From NCBI GenBank assembly GCA_038207335.1, contig JBBQZX010000006.1:64001-128000 (forward strand): a stretch of 64,000 bases of DNA. The letters are read 5' to 3'. Both the position numbers and the translations under genes were made by a program. Positions 47,813-58,000 of the stretch are shown here, piece by piece. The stretch comes from Chthoniobacterales bacterium (GTDB lineage: Bacteria; Verrucomicrobiota; Verrucomicrobiia; Chthoniobacterales; Chthoniobacteraceae). The notes beneath the pieces were generated by a model. The model made no database searches. It saw only the letters and a list, made by a program, of their open reading frames with translations, and was not told the DNA's origin. How positions within the stretch are numbered: position 1 is the first letter of the stretch; each line of letters opens with the position of its first letter.

Positions 47813-48682
47813 ATGACGAAGTTTTTCAGCGTCGCATTCAGCCTCTTAGCGCTCGCGTTTTTCGCTGTGTTGCTAGGCACGTTTGCTTGGCAGAGCTTGC
47901 CTGTGTGGAGGCATGAAGGGCTGGCGTATATCACCGGCACGAAGTGGTATTTCCGGACGCATCAATTCGGCGCGCTGCCGATGATTTATGGGACGATCGT
48001 CGTCGCGGCGGTGGCGCTTGTGCTCGCGGCGCCTGTTGGTTTTGCGTCTGCGATTTTCACCGCGGAGTATCTGCCGCGGCGCGCGCGAATCGCGGTGAAA
48101 GTGCTCATCGAGCTGCTTGCGGGGATTCCCTCGGTAATCTACGGACTGCTCGGAATTCTGCTTCTGAGGAACTGGATTTACGACCTGTTCACGCGCTTCG
48201 ACATCGCAAGCGGCGACACGCTGCTGACGGCCGGAGTGCTGCTCGCGGTGATGATTTTGCCGACGGTCGTCACGCTCAGCGACGACGCGCTACGCGGTGT
48301 CGGGAGCGCGCAGCGGCAGGCGGCACGGGCGCTCGGACTCACGCGCGCGGAGACGATTTTCTCGGTCTCGCTGCGGCAGAGCGGGCGCGGGTTGATGTCC
48401 GCGCTTTTGCTCGGGCTCGGGCGCGCGCTGGGCGAGACGATCGCGGTTTTCCTCGTCGTCGGGCGGCAGGACAACAACGTGCCAGAGCACTGGTTTTCAT
48501 TAGCGCCGCTGCTCGAATCCGGGCAGACGCTGGCCAGCAAACTTGGCGGCTCCGAGACGAACATCGCGTATGGCGATTCTCTGCATTGGGGGGCGGTCGT
48601 CGGACTCGGATTGCTCCTGCTGCTCATCGTCGCGGCAACGACGATCGCGGGGACTTGGAAACGCAAACCTGACGATGCGTAA
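47813..48682 (+). CDS. pstC: Phosphate-type ABC permease PstC
   Basis: FGALPMIYGT, ELLAGIPSVIYG, MILPT, LGLGRALGETIAV. Confidence 0.85.
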   Translation: MTKFFSVAFSLLALAFFAVLLGTFAWQSLPVWRHEGLAYITGTKWYFRTHQFGALPMIYGTIVVAAVALVLAAPVGFASAIFTAEYLPRRARIAVKVLIELLAGIPSVIYGLLGILLLRNWIYDLFTRFDIASGDTLLTAGVLLAVMILPTVVTLSDDALRGVGSAQRQAARALGLTRAETIFSVSLRQSGRGLMSALLLGLGRALGETIAVFLVVGRQDNNVPEHWFSLAPLLESGQTLASKLGGSETNIAYGDSLHWGAVVGLGLLLLLIVAATTIAGTWKRKPDDA

Positions 48683-49523
48683 GGCCGCGGATCGGCTTCT
48701 GGCTTTGATTTGCGGGGCATCGGCGCTTTTTGTCTGCGCACTGCTGCTCGGGCTGATTTTTGTGATCTGGCAGCGCGGCGCACCGGCGATGAGCTGGCGT
48801 TTTCTCACCGAGCAAATCCGTCAGGTCGGCGCGGACGGCGGCATTTTCTACAACCTAGTCGGCACGGTGATCCTCATCGTCACGGCGCTCTTTGTCTGTG
48901 CGCCGATCGCCGTCGGCTTCGCGCTGCTCGAGCGCGTTTTCCTCCGATCGGCAGGCGCGCGGCGAGGGCTCACGCTGTTCCTTTATTTGCTGAATGGGCT
49001 GCCTTCGATCGTGTTCGGCATCTTCGGCTTCCTCGTTTTTGTGAAGTGGCTCGGCTGGGGAAAATCGTGGCTCGCGGGCGGAATTTTACTCGCGGCGATG
49101 ATCCTGCCGACCGTCACGGTTGCGCTCGTCGAGAGGATCAAGGCATTGCCTTCCAAATACACCGAAGCGGCAGCCGCGCTTGGGCTCACGCAGTCGCAAA
49201 TCATCTGGTCGGTGATCCTGCCGCAGTCGTGGGCCGGACTGCTCACGGGCTCGCTGCTCGGGCTCGCGCGGGCGGCGGGCGAGACGGCGCCGATCATGTT
49301 CACCGCCACGATTTTTGCGGGCGCGTCGCTGCCAACAGGGATTAAGGACAGCCCGGTGCTTTCGCTGCCATATCACATTTTTATTCTCGCGCAGGACTCG
49401 TTTGATCCTGCGGTTGGCGCAAAGCTGTGGGGCTCCGCGCTCGTGCTGCTCGCGCTCGTCGTCGGGCTCAGCCTCATCGCGCTGCCGAGCCGCCTGAAAT
49501 TGCATGAAGAAGCCAATGTCTGA
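48675..49523 (+). CDS. pstA: Phosphate-type ABC permease PstA
   Basis: GGI...LVGT, L.GLPSIVFGIFG, EAAAALG, LARAAGETAP..FT; 8-nt overlap with pstC. Confidence 0.85.
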   Translation: MRKAADRLLALICGASALFVCALLLGLIFVIWQRGAPAMSWRFLTEQIRQVGADGGIFYNLVGTVILIVTALFVCAPIAVGFALLERVFLRSAGARRGLTLFLYLLNGLPSIVFGIFGFLVFVKWLGWGKSWLAGGILLAAMILPTVTVALVERIKALPSKYTEAAAALGLTQSQIIWSVILPQSWAGLLTGSLLGLARAAGETAPIMFTATIFAGASLPTGIKDSPVLSLPYHIFILAQDSFDPAVGAKLWGSALVLLALVVGLSLIALPSRLKLHEEANV

Positions 49524-50316
49524 ACCTGTCTGCCAGCCCGCCGTCCGCGCCGATGCGCCCGTGCTTTCCGCCCGCGATGTGTCGGTCACGGCGAATGGAA
49601 AGCCACTGCTGCGAAACGTGCGATTCGATGTCCGCGCAGGTCAGGTTTTCGGAATCATTGGCCCATCCGGCGCAGGGAAGAGCACGCTGTTGCGGACGCT
49701 GAACCGGCTTGTGGACTTGATTCCCGCGCTGCGCGTGAGCGGCGACGTGCGGCTGCGCGGCGAGTCGATTTACGCGCCGGGCGTAGATGTGAATGCGTTG
49801 CGCGTCCGCATCGGGATGCTGTTTCAGCAGCCCGTGGTCTTCCCCGGCAGCATCGGAGAGAACGTGCTTTTCGGGGCGAAACGGCTTCGGCGGCTCGGGC
49901 GCGAGGAGCGGCACGCTCTGGTCGAGAGCGCGCTGCGCGAAGCGGCGCTTTGGGATGAAGTAAAGGACCGTCTCCGCCATTCGGCGTTCGCACTTTCCGT
50001 CGGGCAGCAGCAGCGACTCTGCCTGGCGCGAGCGCTGGCGGTGCAGCCCGAGGTTCTGCTGATGGACGAGCCGACGAGCGCGCTCGACCCGCGCTCCACG
50101 GCGGCGATTGAGGAACTCATCACACGGCTGCGCGAACGGCACACGATCGTGCTAGTCACGCACAACGTCGCGCAGGCGCGGCGCGTCACCGACTGGATCG
50201 CGTGCGTCTGCGTACGCGACGGGGCGGGGGAGATCGTGGAAAGCGCGTGCTGCGACGCGGTGCTGGACAATCCGCAATGCCGCGAGGTGATCGAGTACCT
50301 CGAACACGCGGGGTGA
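49516..50316 (+). CDS. pstB: Phosphate-type ABC ATPase PstB with a Cys-rich C-terminus
   Basis: GPSGAGKST, LNRL.D, GMLFQQP, AALWDEVKDRL, LSVGQQQRLCLAR, LLMDEPTSALDP, VTHN..QA.R; 8-nt overlap with pstA. Confidence 0.88.
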   Translation: MSEPVCQPAVRADAPVLSARDVSVTANGKPLLRNVRFDVRAGQVFGIIGPSGAGKSTLLRTLNRLVDLIPALRVSGDVRLRGESIYAPGVDVNALRVRIGMLFQQPVVFPGSIGENVLFGAKRLRRLGREERHALVESALREAALWDEVKDRLRHSAFALSVGQQQRLCLARALAVQPEVLLMDEPTSALDPRSTAAIEELITRLRERHTIVLVTHNVAQARRVTDWIACVCVRDGAGEIVESACCDAVLDNPQCREVIEYLEHAG

Positions 50317-50328
50317 GCGCAGCGCGGG

Positions 50329-51057
50329 CTACTTCACGAATATTTCGGGCTCTTCGTGCCAGACGTGTTCGATTTCACGCATGATGAGGGCGTGATCGAA
50401 TGTGACGCTTCCGGACGGGAAGACAGGTTCGTCGGCGAAAAAGGACGTTGCGATGTGATCGATGGCGAGAGGGCGGACATTCCAGTCGTCGATTTCGAGG
50501 CGAAGGCCATCCAATCGGCAACCGGCGCGCGTGGCGGAATATCCGACGCTGCCGCCCTCGAAAAACTCCGACGACGCGGCCAGCGAATCGAAGCATGAAG
50601 ACGCTGGAAATGAATCGGTCTCGTGAGCACGAATCTCCGCTGTCATGCCGTGATCGCGTGCGCGGATGGACATGGAAATCTGCGAGCCGTCGTCGGTGAC
50701 CGCGAACTCAGCGAGATGATGCTCGCCGGGGAAAATGCGACCGCCCGTGAAATGATTGAGGCGCGAATCGGTGTCGCGGCGCGGAATGTAAACGCCCTCG
50801 CGAGTTTCGCCGGTACGCGTCTCCCACTGCACGGCGATGCGATGGGCTGCGTTCTCGCTGGAGATGCCGCAGAGGCGCGGCAGCCACGCGGGGCGAACCT
50901 GCTCCAGGCGGATGAGACAGATGCCGGCGATGGCGTTTCCGCGATGAAGTTTCGGACGAAAGGGAGAGGGCAAAAAGCGCCCCATGACTTCCGCATCCAC
51001 GCGAAAATTCGCGAGTATTCTGCGACGAATTAGCCCGTGAATGACTGGCAGTCGCAT
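50329..51057 (-). CDS. DUF2071/YqjF-like protein
   Basis: I.RRILANFRVD, GICLIRL..VRP, SENAAHRIAV.W, GVYIPRRDT.S, FPG.H. Confidence 0.7.
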   Translation of the reverse strand: MRLPVIHGLIRRRILANFRVDAEVMGRFLPSPFRPKLHRGNAIAGICLIRLEQVRPAWLPRLCGISSENAAHRIAVQWETRTGETREGVYIPRRDTDSRLNHFTGGRIFPGEHHLAEFAVTDDGSQISMSIRARDHGMTAEIRAHETDSFPASSCFDSLAASSEFFEGGSVGYSATRAGCRLDGLRLEIDDWNVRPLAIDHIATSFFADEPVFPSGSVTFDHALIMREIEHVWHEEPEIFVK

Positions 51058-51087
51058 CACAGATCTTCGCCGCTTTTCGAGCGTTTG

Positions 51088-51957
51088 CTACTTCACGAAG
51101 CCCTGCACCTTTAACCAGTAAAGGCAGTCGTTCGTCCACGGGTGCAGGACGCCGTCCTTGCCGCCGAGGCCCATGCCGTGGCCGCCTTTTTCGTAGATGT
51201 GCAGGTCGAATTTCACCCCGGCGCGGCGCAGCGCGGCGGCGAAGTCGAGGGAGTTCTCGACCTTCACCGCGCCGTCCTCCCACGTGTGCCAGATGAAGCA
51301 CGGCGGGGTCTGCGGCGTGACTTGTTTTTCGTTGGAGAGGAGTTCGATCAGTGCGGGGTCTGGCTCGTTGCCGAGGAGATTTTGACGGGAGCCGGCGTGG
51401 GTCGTCGGGCCCATCGAGATGACGGCGTAGCAGAGGATGCCGCAGTCGGGACGCGAGCTTTCGCGCTCGACCGGGTCGGTGGCGTCGGCTTTTCCGGCAT
51501 CGAAATGCGTGAGCAATGTGGACGCGAGATGCCCGCCAGCGCTTGATCCCATGACTCCGACGCGCTTCGGGTCGATCTTCCACTCGGCGGCTTTGGAGCG
51601 CAAAAGGCGGATGCCGCGCGAGGCGTCGTTCAGCATCGCCGGGTGATGGTAGCCGCCGGGGCCGAGCCGATATTTCAGCACGATGCCGGCGACGCCGTGG
51701 TCGGCTAGCCACTCGGCGTAGCCTGCGCCTTCATGCGGCGCGAGCCCTCCGTAACCGCCGCCGGGGCAGATGAGCATTGCGGCGCCCGTCGCCTTTTCCG
51801 GCGAAGGGAGGAAGGCGGTGAGGGTCGGGATGTCTTTGTCGGCGGTGCCGAGTGCGCCGGGCGCGCCATCGGGCCAGAGCGGGATGGGGGCAAGCGGCGC
51901 GGATTGGGCTGCGGAGGCTGCAATCATCAGGGTGGCGAGGAGGGCGGGGATTTTCAT
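51088..51957 (-). CDS. Secreted alpha/beta hydrolase (carbohydrate esterase-like)
   Basis: Signal peptide; CPGGGY, GSSAGG nucleophile elbow, D..V, GGHG. Confidence 0.88.
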   Translation of the reverse strand: MKIPALLATLMIAASAAQSAPLAPIPLWPDGAPGALGTADKDIPTLTAFLPSPEKATGAAMLICPGGGYGGLAPHEGAGYAEWLADHGVAGIVLKYRLGPGGYHHPAMLNDASRGIRLLRSKAAEWKIDPKRVGVMGSSAGGHLASTLLTHFDAGKADATDPVERESSRPDCGILCYAVISMGPTTHAGSRQNLLGNEPDPALIELLSNEKQVTPQTPPCFIWHTWEDGAVKVENSLDFAAALRRAGVKFDLHIYEKGGHGMGLGGKDGVLHPWTNDCLYWLKVQGFVK

Positions 51958-52484
51958 GCGGGTTGTTTGTTTGATCGAAGAAATAGCGAAGCGAGTGCGA
52001 CAGAGGCGGATGGGAGCCAAATCCATTTCAGCTCGGAGAGGAATACTGACAATCCGCGGGCGGAGAAGAAGCCCGCGCCGATGGGCGAGACTTCGATCGG
52101 TGTGTCGGGGAAAAAGAAACGCTCGTTTGAGAAGGGCCAGAGCAGCGCGATGCCGAGTCCGCCGTCGGTCAGCATGTCGATGAGCGGATGCGAAATCGTG
52201 GCAATGAACAGGTAGGCGAAGAGCAGCCCGCGGGCGGCAAATCTCCGCCACTCGCAGAGCGTGAAGATAGCGGCGATGGCGAGCGCGAAGACGATAGAAT
52301 GCGTCGCGCCACGGTGGCCGAAAGGCGACGCGTAGGGAATTCGCAGGACGAACGAAACGACATCGGCATCGGGCGCAATGGACGCGATGGCGCCGAGCAC
52401 CCAGTAGCGCGGCGGCAACCGTCGCGGGCCGAGCACGCAGCCGAGCGCGAGCGGGATCGCGGGATGGCTGAGGATCGAGGCCAC
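51954..52484 (-). CDS. YdjM/YbcI-family membrane metal-dependent hydrolase
   Basis: SH, PD.D, HRGATHS, SH.L.D..T.GG.G..L.WPF. Confidence 0.88.
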   Translation of the reverse strand: MASILSHPAIPLALGCVLGPRRLPPRYWVLGAIASIAPDADVVSFVLRIPYASPFGHRGATHSIVFALAIAAIFTLCEWRRFAARGLLFAYLFIATISHPLIDMLTDGGLGIALLWPFSNERFFFPDTPIEVSPIGAGFFSARGLSVFLSELKWIWLPSASVALASLFLRSNKQPA

Positions 52485-52493
52485 ACGCGGCTT

Positions 52494-53954
52494 TTAGACC
52501 GTCGCGGGGACGATGAAGGGAGCGCGGTATTCGCGGGTGAGGAGCTTGTCGGCTTCGGGGCTGCCGGTGAATTTTTCGGTCGCCGTGTCCATCTTCAAAA
52601 ACTCCCCGAGCGCGAGTTGATCGACTTTCAGATCCACGTCATTCGCGGCGAGATGCGCGGCGAGCCGGTCGAAGGAATCCATCGCCTCTTTGTTGCCCTT
52701 GAGCTTTTCGGCGATCGCGTCGGGACCGAGTTTTTTGCCGAGGCGGACGGAGATGTTGCCGGTGTGGCAGAGCGCGCTGGAGATGTGGCCGTCGAGGATC
52801 TTGCCGTGGAGGTCCGCGGCTTTCCGGCTGCGGACTACGTCGAGGAAATTCGCGTAATGATTCTCCGCGTTGGCAGGCGCGTCTTTGCCTTTGGCGAATT
52901 TCTGAATCTCTTTCCCGTCCGCGTCGAAGGCGACCGCGTCGGTGTAATTTGGCACGAGGATGTGCCCCTTTTCATACTGAACGACGACGCCCACACTGGC
53001 GCCGCGGTATTTGTCCATTTCCTTCGAGTCGGTCTTCGATGGCAGCCCGCGCACCTCGAAGATGAGCGGCGCTTTTGCGTAGTCCTGAAACACGAACATC
53101 GAGTTCGGAGTCTCGCCGTCGTCGATGTATCCGAGCCTGCCGCCGACAGAGAAGACCTTTGGCGCGAGCGCCTGCTCGCCGGTGAAACGGCGCGCGATAT
53201 CCATCTGGTGGATGCCTTGGTTGCCGAGGTCGCCGTTGCCCGTATTCCAGACCCAATGCCAGTCGTAGTGCAGGTTCTTGCGGTGAAGATCGAGCTTCTC
53301 CGCGGGGCCGCACCACAGATCGTAGTCCACCGTTTCCGGCACCGGCTGCGCGCCTTCGGTTTTGCCGATGCTCGCGCGGCGTTTGTAGCAGAGCCCGCGC
53401 GCATATTTCAACGCGCCAAGGTGCCCGGCATTCGCCCACTCGATTGCCTCGGCGATGCCGATGGCCGAGCGGCTTTGCACGCCCATTTGCACGATGCGCT
53501 CGTGCTTCGCCGCCGCTTTTACGAGCTGCCGACCCTCCCACACGTTGTGCGAGACGGGCTTCTCGACATACACATCCTTGCCCGCTTGGATCGCCCAGAT
53601 CGCCGCGAGCGAATGCCAGTGATTCGGCGTGGCGATGGAAACGACATCGATCTCTTTGCTCTCGAGCAGCTTTCGCAGGTCCTGAAACGGCGTCACTTCC
53701 TGCCCCTTTGCCTTGAGCTGCGCGACGCCCTTTTCGAGCACCTTCGAATCGACATCGCACAGCGCTACGATGCGCGCGCCCTTTTGCTTGAGGTAGTTGC
53801 CGATGTGGTCCTGCCCGCGGCCATTGAAGCCGATGACGGCGATGCGGATGTCGCCATTTGCGCCCTCACTCGCGGCGCGCAGGCGCGGCGAGAGGGAGAG
53901 GGCGGCGGTGAAAAGGAGGGAGGTTTTGAGGAAGTCGCGGCGTGTGGGGTTCAT
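52494..53954 (-). CDS. Tat-exported Gfo/Idh/MocA oxidoreductase
   Basis: TRRDFLK; IG..GRG, IATPNHWH, KDVYVEKP, DYDLWCGPA, G.GDLGNQG.H..D. Confidence 0.92.
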   Translation of the reverse strand: MNPTRRDFLKTSLLFTAALSLSPRLRAASEGANGDIRIAVIGFNGRGQDHIGNYLKQKGARIVALCDVDSKVLEKGVAQLKAKGQEVTPFQDLRKLLESKEIDVVSIATPNHWHSLAAIWAIQAGKDVYVEKPVSHNVWEGRQLVKAAAKHERIVQMGVQSRSAIGIAEAIEWANAGHLGALKYARGLCYKRRASIGKTEGAQPVPETVDYDLWCGPAEKLDLHRKNLHYDWHWVWNTGNGDLGNQGIHQMDIARRFTGEQALAPKVFSVGGRLGYIDDGETPNSMFVFQDYAKAPLIFEVRGLPSKTDSKEMDKYRGASVGVVVQYEKGHILVPNYTDAVAFDADGKEIQKFAKGKDAPANAENHYANFLDVVRSRKAADLHGKILDGHISSALCHTGNISVRLGKKLGPDAIAEKLKGNKEAMDSFDRLAAHLAANDVDLKVDQLALGEFLKMDTATEKFTGSPEADKLLTREYRAPFIVPATV

Positions 53955-53960
53955 GGTGGG

Positions 53961-54929
53961 TTACTTGGTAAAAGTAGCAAATTGCTCTGCGATCTTCGCA
54001 GCCGCGGCGTCGCCGGGGTGGAGGATGATGCGGTAGCGGAAGGTGACGTTTTTCCCAGCCTCCACCTTGAAGTCGCCCGCGCCTTTGGCCTTTGTTTTGT
54101 CCATCTCTGCCTCGCAGAAGGGGTTCGCAGCGAAGAGGCCGTAGTCGCGCGCGTGCCAGCGCGGCGGGTGGCGCGGATTGCGCGGGTCGTCGAACAGCGC
54201 GATGCCGACGGTCTTGCCGTCGACGGGGCCCGACATATCGACCCACGCCGCGTGTTCGCCCCAGACTTTGTCATCTGCCACGCCTTCGCTGTTGATGATG
54301 TGGCCTTCGCCGGGCTTCTTTTTCGGCTGCGCGAGGCGCATGGATTCGGCGATTCGCAGGGCCATCGTGCCTTCCTTTGTATCGCCGAAGATCACGTCTT
54401 TTTCGCCGGCTGTGAGCTCCACGGTGAAGTCGATCACGCGCTCGTCATCCGGGCCTTTGGAAACTTGGAAAGTCTGCACGCTGGTGAGAGGGACGGTGTC
54501 GTCGGGGGCGACCCATTTTAAAGAATCGCGGATGGTGGCGTCTCTCGGCCCGCCTTTGAGTTCGAGGAATTTCTCGTGCTCGATTTTGCCGGTCGGGTGG
54601 CCCTTGCCGTTGCCGAAGCTCTTCGATTCGGCCCAGAAATCGACGCCATTGAGGTCGCCGTGAGCGAACCAGAGGGAGCGGTGGTGCGGGTGGTCGTGCT
54701 CCTCGCCGGGAACATCTTGCATAGGCCACGAGCGTGTCATTTTCACCCCACCGGGTCCGATCAATGGCCAGAAATAAACGTGCTGCGCGCCAGAGTAGCA
54801 GTATTCGGTGAAGAGTTGGCCGTCGATTTCGACGCGGACTTTGCCGTCGGCGTCCTTCACCGTGATGTCGGCGCGGGCGAGGGGAGTGGCGAGCATGAGG
54901 ACGGCGGCGAGGCAGGCAGGGAGGCGCAT
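53961..54929 (-). CDS. Secreted 'PmoA family'/DUF6807 protein (beta-sandwich; not a methane monooxygenase)
   Basis: Signal peptide; DHPHHRSLWFAHG..NG.DFW, FGDTKEG, WH.R.YGLF.ANPF. Confidence 0.75.
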   Translation of the reverse strand: MRLPACLAAVLMLATPLARADITVKDADGKVRVEIDGQLFTEYCYSGAQHVYFWPLIGPGGVKMTRSWPMQDVPGEEHDHPHHRSLWFAHGDLNGVDFWAESKSFGNGKGHPTGKIEHEKFLELKGGPRDATIRDSLKWVAPDDTVPLTSVQTFQVSKGPDDERVIDFTVELTAGEKDVIFGDTKEGTMALRIAESMRLAQPKKKPGEGHIINSEGVADDKVWGEHAAWVDMSGPVDGKTVGIALFDDPRNPRHPPRWHARDYGLFAANPFCEAEMDKTKAKGAGDFKVEAGKNVTFRYRIILHPGDAAAAKIAEQFATFTK

Positions 54930-55058
54930 GGGGGAGTGGAAAGTGTGACGATGCAAACCGCGAGGCGAGCGATTTGTTTGCGGAGAAAAGTGGCGGGGCA
55001 TCCTCGAATGCGCTCACCGGCCTAAGCTCACGGCGCTCGCGAGATTGTTGCAGTTCCC

Positions 55059-58000
55059 ATGCGTGCCATTTTTCTCATCCTCGCCACTGCCGCCGTCCTC
55101 CACGCGGAGACGCCGACCCCTCCGCTCGTCGCCGATACCGCGCTGCGGATCGAAGCGGTCGCTACTTTTCCCGATGTGGAGGCCAGCACGACGGTCTGCG
55201 GGGGGCCGGACGGCGCGATCTACGCGGGGAATGATCCGCGCGATGGGCACCTCTCCACGGCGAAGCCCGAGGCGAGCATCGTGCGCTTCGGCCCCATAGA
55301 ATCGCCGGACCTCCTCCGCCTGCCCGATGGCAAGTTCGCGCCGCCCGGCCCGCCGCACCGCAAGCGCACGATTTTCGCCGACAAAATCTACTCGCCGGCG
55401 GGCAGCGCGTGGCACGACGGATACCTTTACGTGCTGCACGATCCGATGCTCACGCGCTTCAAGGACACCAATGGCGACGGCGTGGCCGATGTGCGGGAAG
55501 ACCTCGTGACGGGCATCGGCCTGCCGCCTTACGACGGGCTGAACGATCACGTCGTCTCCGGCTTCACGCTCGGGATGGATGGGTTCTTTTACATCAGCGT
55601 CGGCGACCGGGGTATTTATAAGGCAGTGGCTCGCGACGGCTCCACGATCACCATGCAGGGCGGGGGGATCGTCCGCGTGCGCACGGATGGCACGCAGCTC
55701 GAGATTTTCTCCACCGGCACGCGAAATCATCTCGAAGTGAATCTCGACGCGGAGGACAACGCCTTCACGCGGGACAACACCGACGACGGCAACGGCTGGT
55801 GGACGCGACTCACGCACCACATCGAGGGCGGCTATTACGGGTATCCTTTCGACTTCCGCAAGATCGCCAACTACGGGGTTGCGCAGCCGAGCCCGCAGAC
55901 GCTCGACGCTATCAAGCAGCACGGCGGCACGATCGACCGCACGGCCACGATGTTGGATGGGCGAAAAGTAAGCGATGTCGTTCCAGGCGCGGACAGCGCC
56001 GTGGCGCCGAACAACAAATTCCTCCCCGCGATGGCGGACTTCGGCGGCGGCTCTCCGACGGGCGGACTGTGCTATCTCAGCGACGGGCTCCCGGAGAAAT
56101 ATCGCGGGCGGCATTTTTTCAGCGAGTGGGGAAAGGGGGGCGTCTTCGTGTCTGAGGTGGCGCGCGATGGAGCGACGTTCAAGCTCGTGAGCGACATGAA
56201 ACTGATCGAGCCGGAGAAAGGCGGGGATTTTCGCCCGATGCAGCTCAGCGTCGCCGCCGACGGTTCGCTGCTCATCGCTGACTGGGGCTACGGCGGCTGG
56301 AAAAGCCCGAAGCGCACGGGGGCCATCTGGCGTGCCTATTGGCCGGAGGCGCATCCCGCGTCGCGTCTCGGAGATGAGAGCAAGGCGACGACCGAGCAGC
56401 TCATCGCGGCGCTCGCGCATCCTGATCGTGATCAGCGGCTGCGGGCGGAGTATGCGCTGGCGGCGAAAGGCAGATCTGTCGCGGAGAAAGTGGCGGCTGC
56501 CTTGAAAGACGAGCGCGCTCCGATTGAGCAGCGCACTCATGCGCTGTGGGTCTTGGAGGAAATCGCGCGCGGCTCGGGCTCCACCGCAGCCGCTCCCGCG
56601 CTCGCCCGCTCGCAGCCCGGGGGTCTCGTGGATGTTCGTCGAGATTCGCCCGCAAATGCCGCGACCTCGCCCGAGCAAGCGCTCGCGCCTTTGATCGAAG
56701 CTCTCCGATCCCCGGCCACCGCCGCGCAGGCTGCACGGGCGCTTGGCGAGTTGCGCGCGGCGTCTGCTCTTCCCGCGTTTGCGTCCGTATTTCCCAAAGC
56801 CGCCCCGGAAGTCCGTCGCGCGATCCTCACCGCTATCGCCCGCATCGGTCGCGACCCCGGCATCGATCTCGCGGGCGCGCTCACGGACTCGGACCCATGG
56901 GTGCGCTTCACTGCGCGCCGCACGATCCAGAGTCTCGGAGCGTGGGCGAGCATCGCTCCTGCCTTGCGCGATCCCGCGAATCCTCTTTTCGAAGCCGCGT
57001 GGGAGACCGCCAGCGGCGTCTTCGATCCCGGTTTGGTGGAAATGTTCACCACTCTCCGCGATGCAGCACGGCCGGTCCGCGTCCGCGCCACTGCCGCTCT
57101 CGGGCGCATCGCGCTGAAGCCCGCGCCGTACGAGGGCCACTGGTGGGGCACGCAGCCGGTCAAGTCCCCGCTGCCGCCCGCGCCTCTCGCATGGGCGGAA
57201 ACCCCGCGCGCCATCGGCGCACTCACGGCGGCGCTCGACGACGCCGCGCCGGAGGTGCGACTCGCGGCGGCGCTGGCGTTCACGGAGTTCGTGCTCGGCG
57301 GGGAAAAGTCGGACGCGCTGGCGGCTTTACGGACGCGACTTTCACTGGAAAAGGAACCGTCGGTGCGGCGGCAGCTCATCGAGGCGCTCGGCGTTCAGAA
57401 GGACCCGGCGGCGGCGGAGACTTTTCGGAAGATCGCGCTGGATGCGGGGGCGGAGCCGGAGTTCCGCGAGGCGGCCATCGCGGCCATCGTGGGGATCGGT
57501 GGCGATGATGCGAAGAAGACCATCGCGCAGATCGCGGGCGCTTCACTTTCGGCCGCCGCCACCCGCAGCGTGATCGTCGCCGCCGGGGACCTGCGCGTGG
57601 TTGAGGCCGCGCCCGCCCTAGTCGCCCACCTCACTGATCCGAACGCCGGGAACCGCGAAGCTGCCGCGCATTCGCTCGGGCAGATCGGCGCGAAATCAGG
57701 TGCGGGTGCGGCGTTGATCGGCACTCTGGACGACAAGGACGGCAAGGTGGCAACCGCCGCCGTCATCGCGCTCGGCGACCTGCGGGAAAAGAGCGCGATC
57801 CCGGCGCTTATCGCGCTCGCCGAGAAGCACAAATCGCAACGGGAGGTAATCGCGGCGCTCGCCTCGATGCCTGATCCGAGCGCGATCCCGGTGCTCGTTG
57901 AGACGCTGAGGAGCAAGGATGCTGGCCAGAGGCGCAGTGCGATCAAGGCGCTCAAGACGATGCGCGCCGAGGCGATGCCGGCGGTGCAAGCGCTGCTCGC

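Noticed and set aside
53961..54929. Methane monooxygenase (from the 'PmoA family' label)
   Set aside because: This is a soluble secreted protein with no TM helices and no pmoB/pmoC; the family name is misleading.
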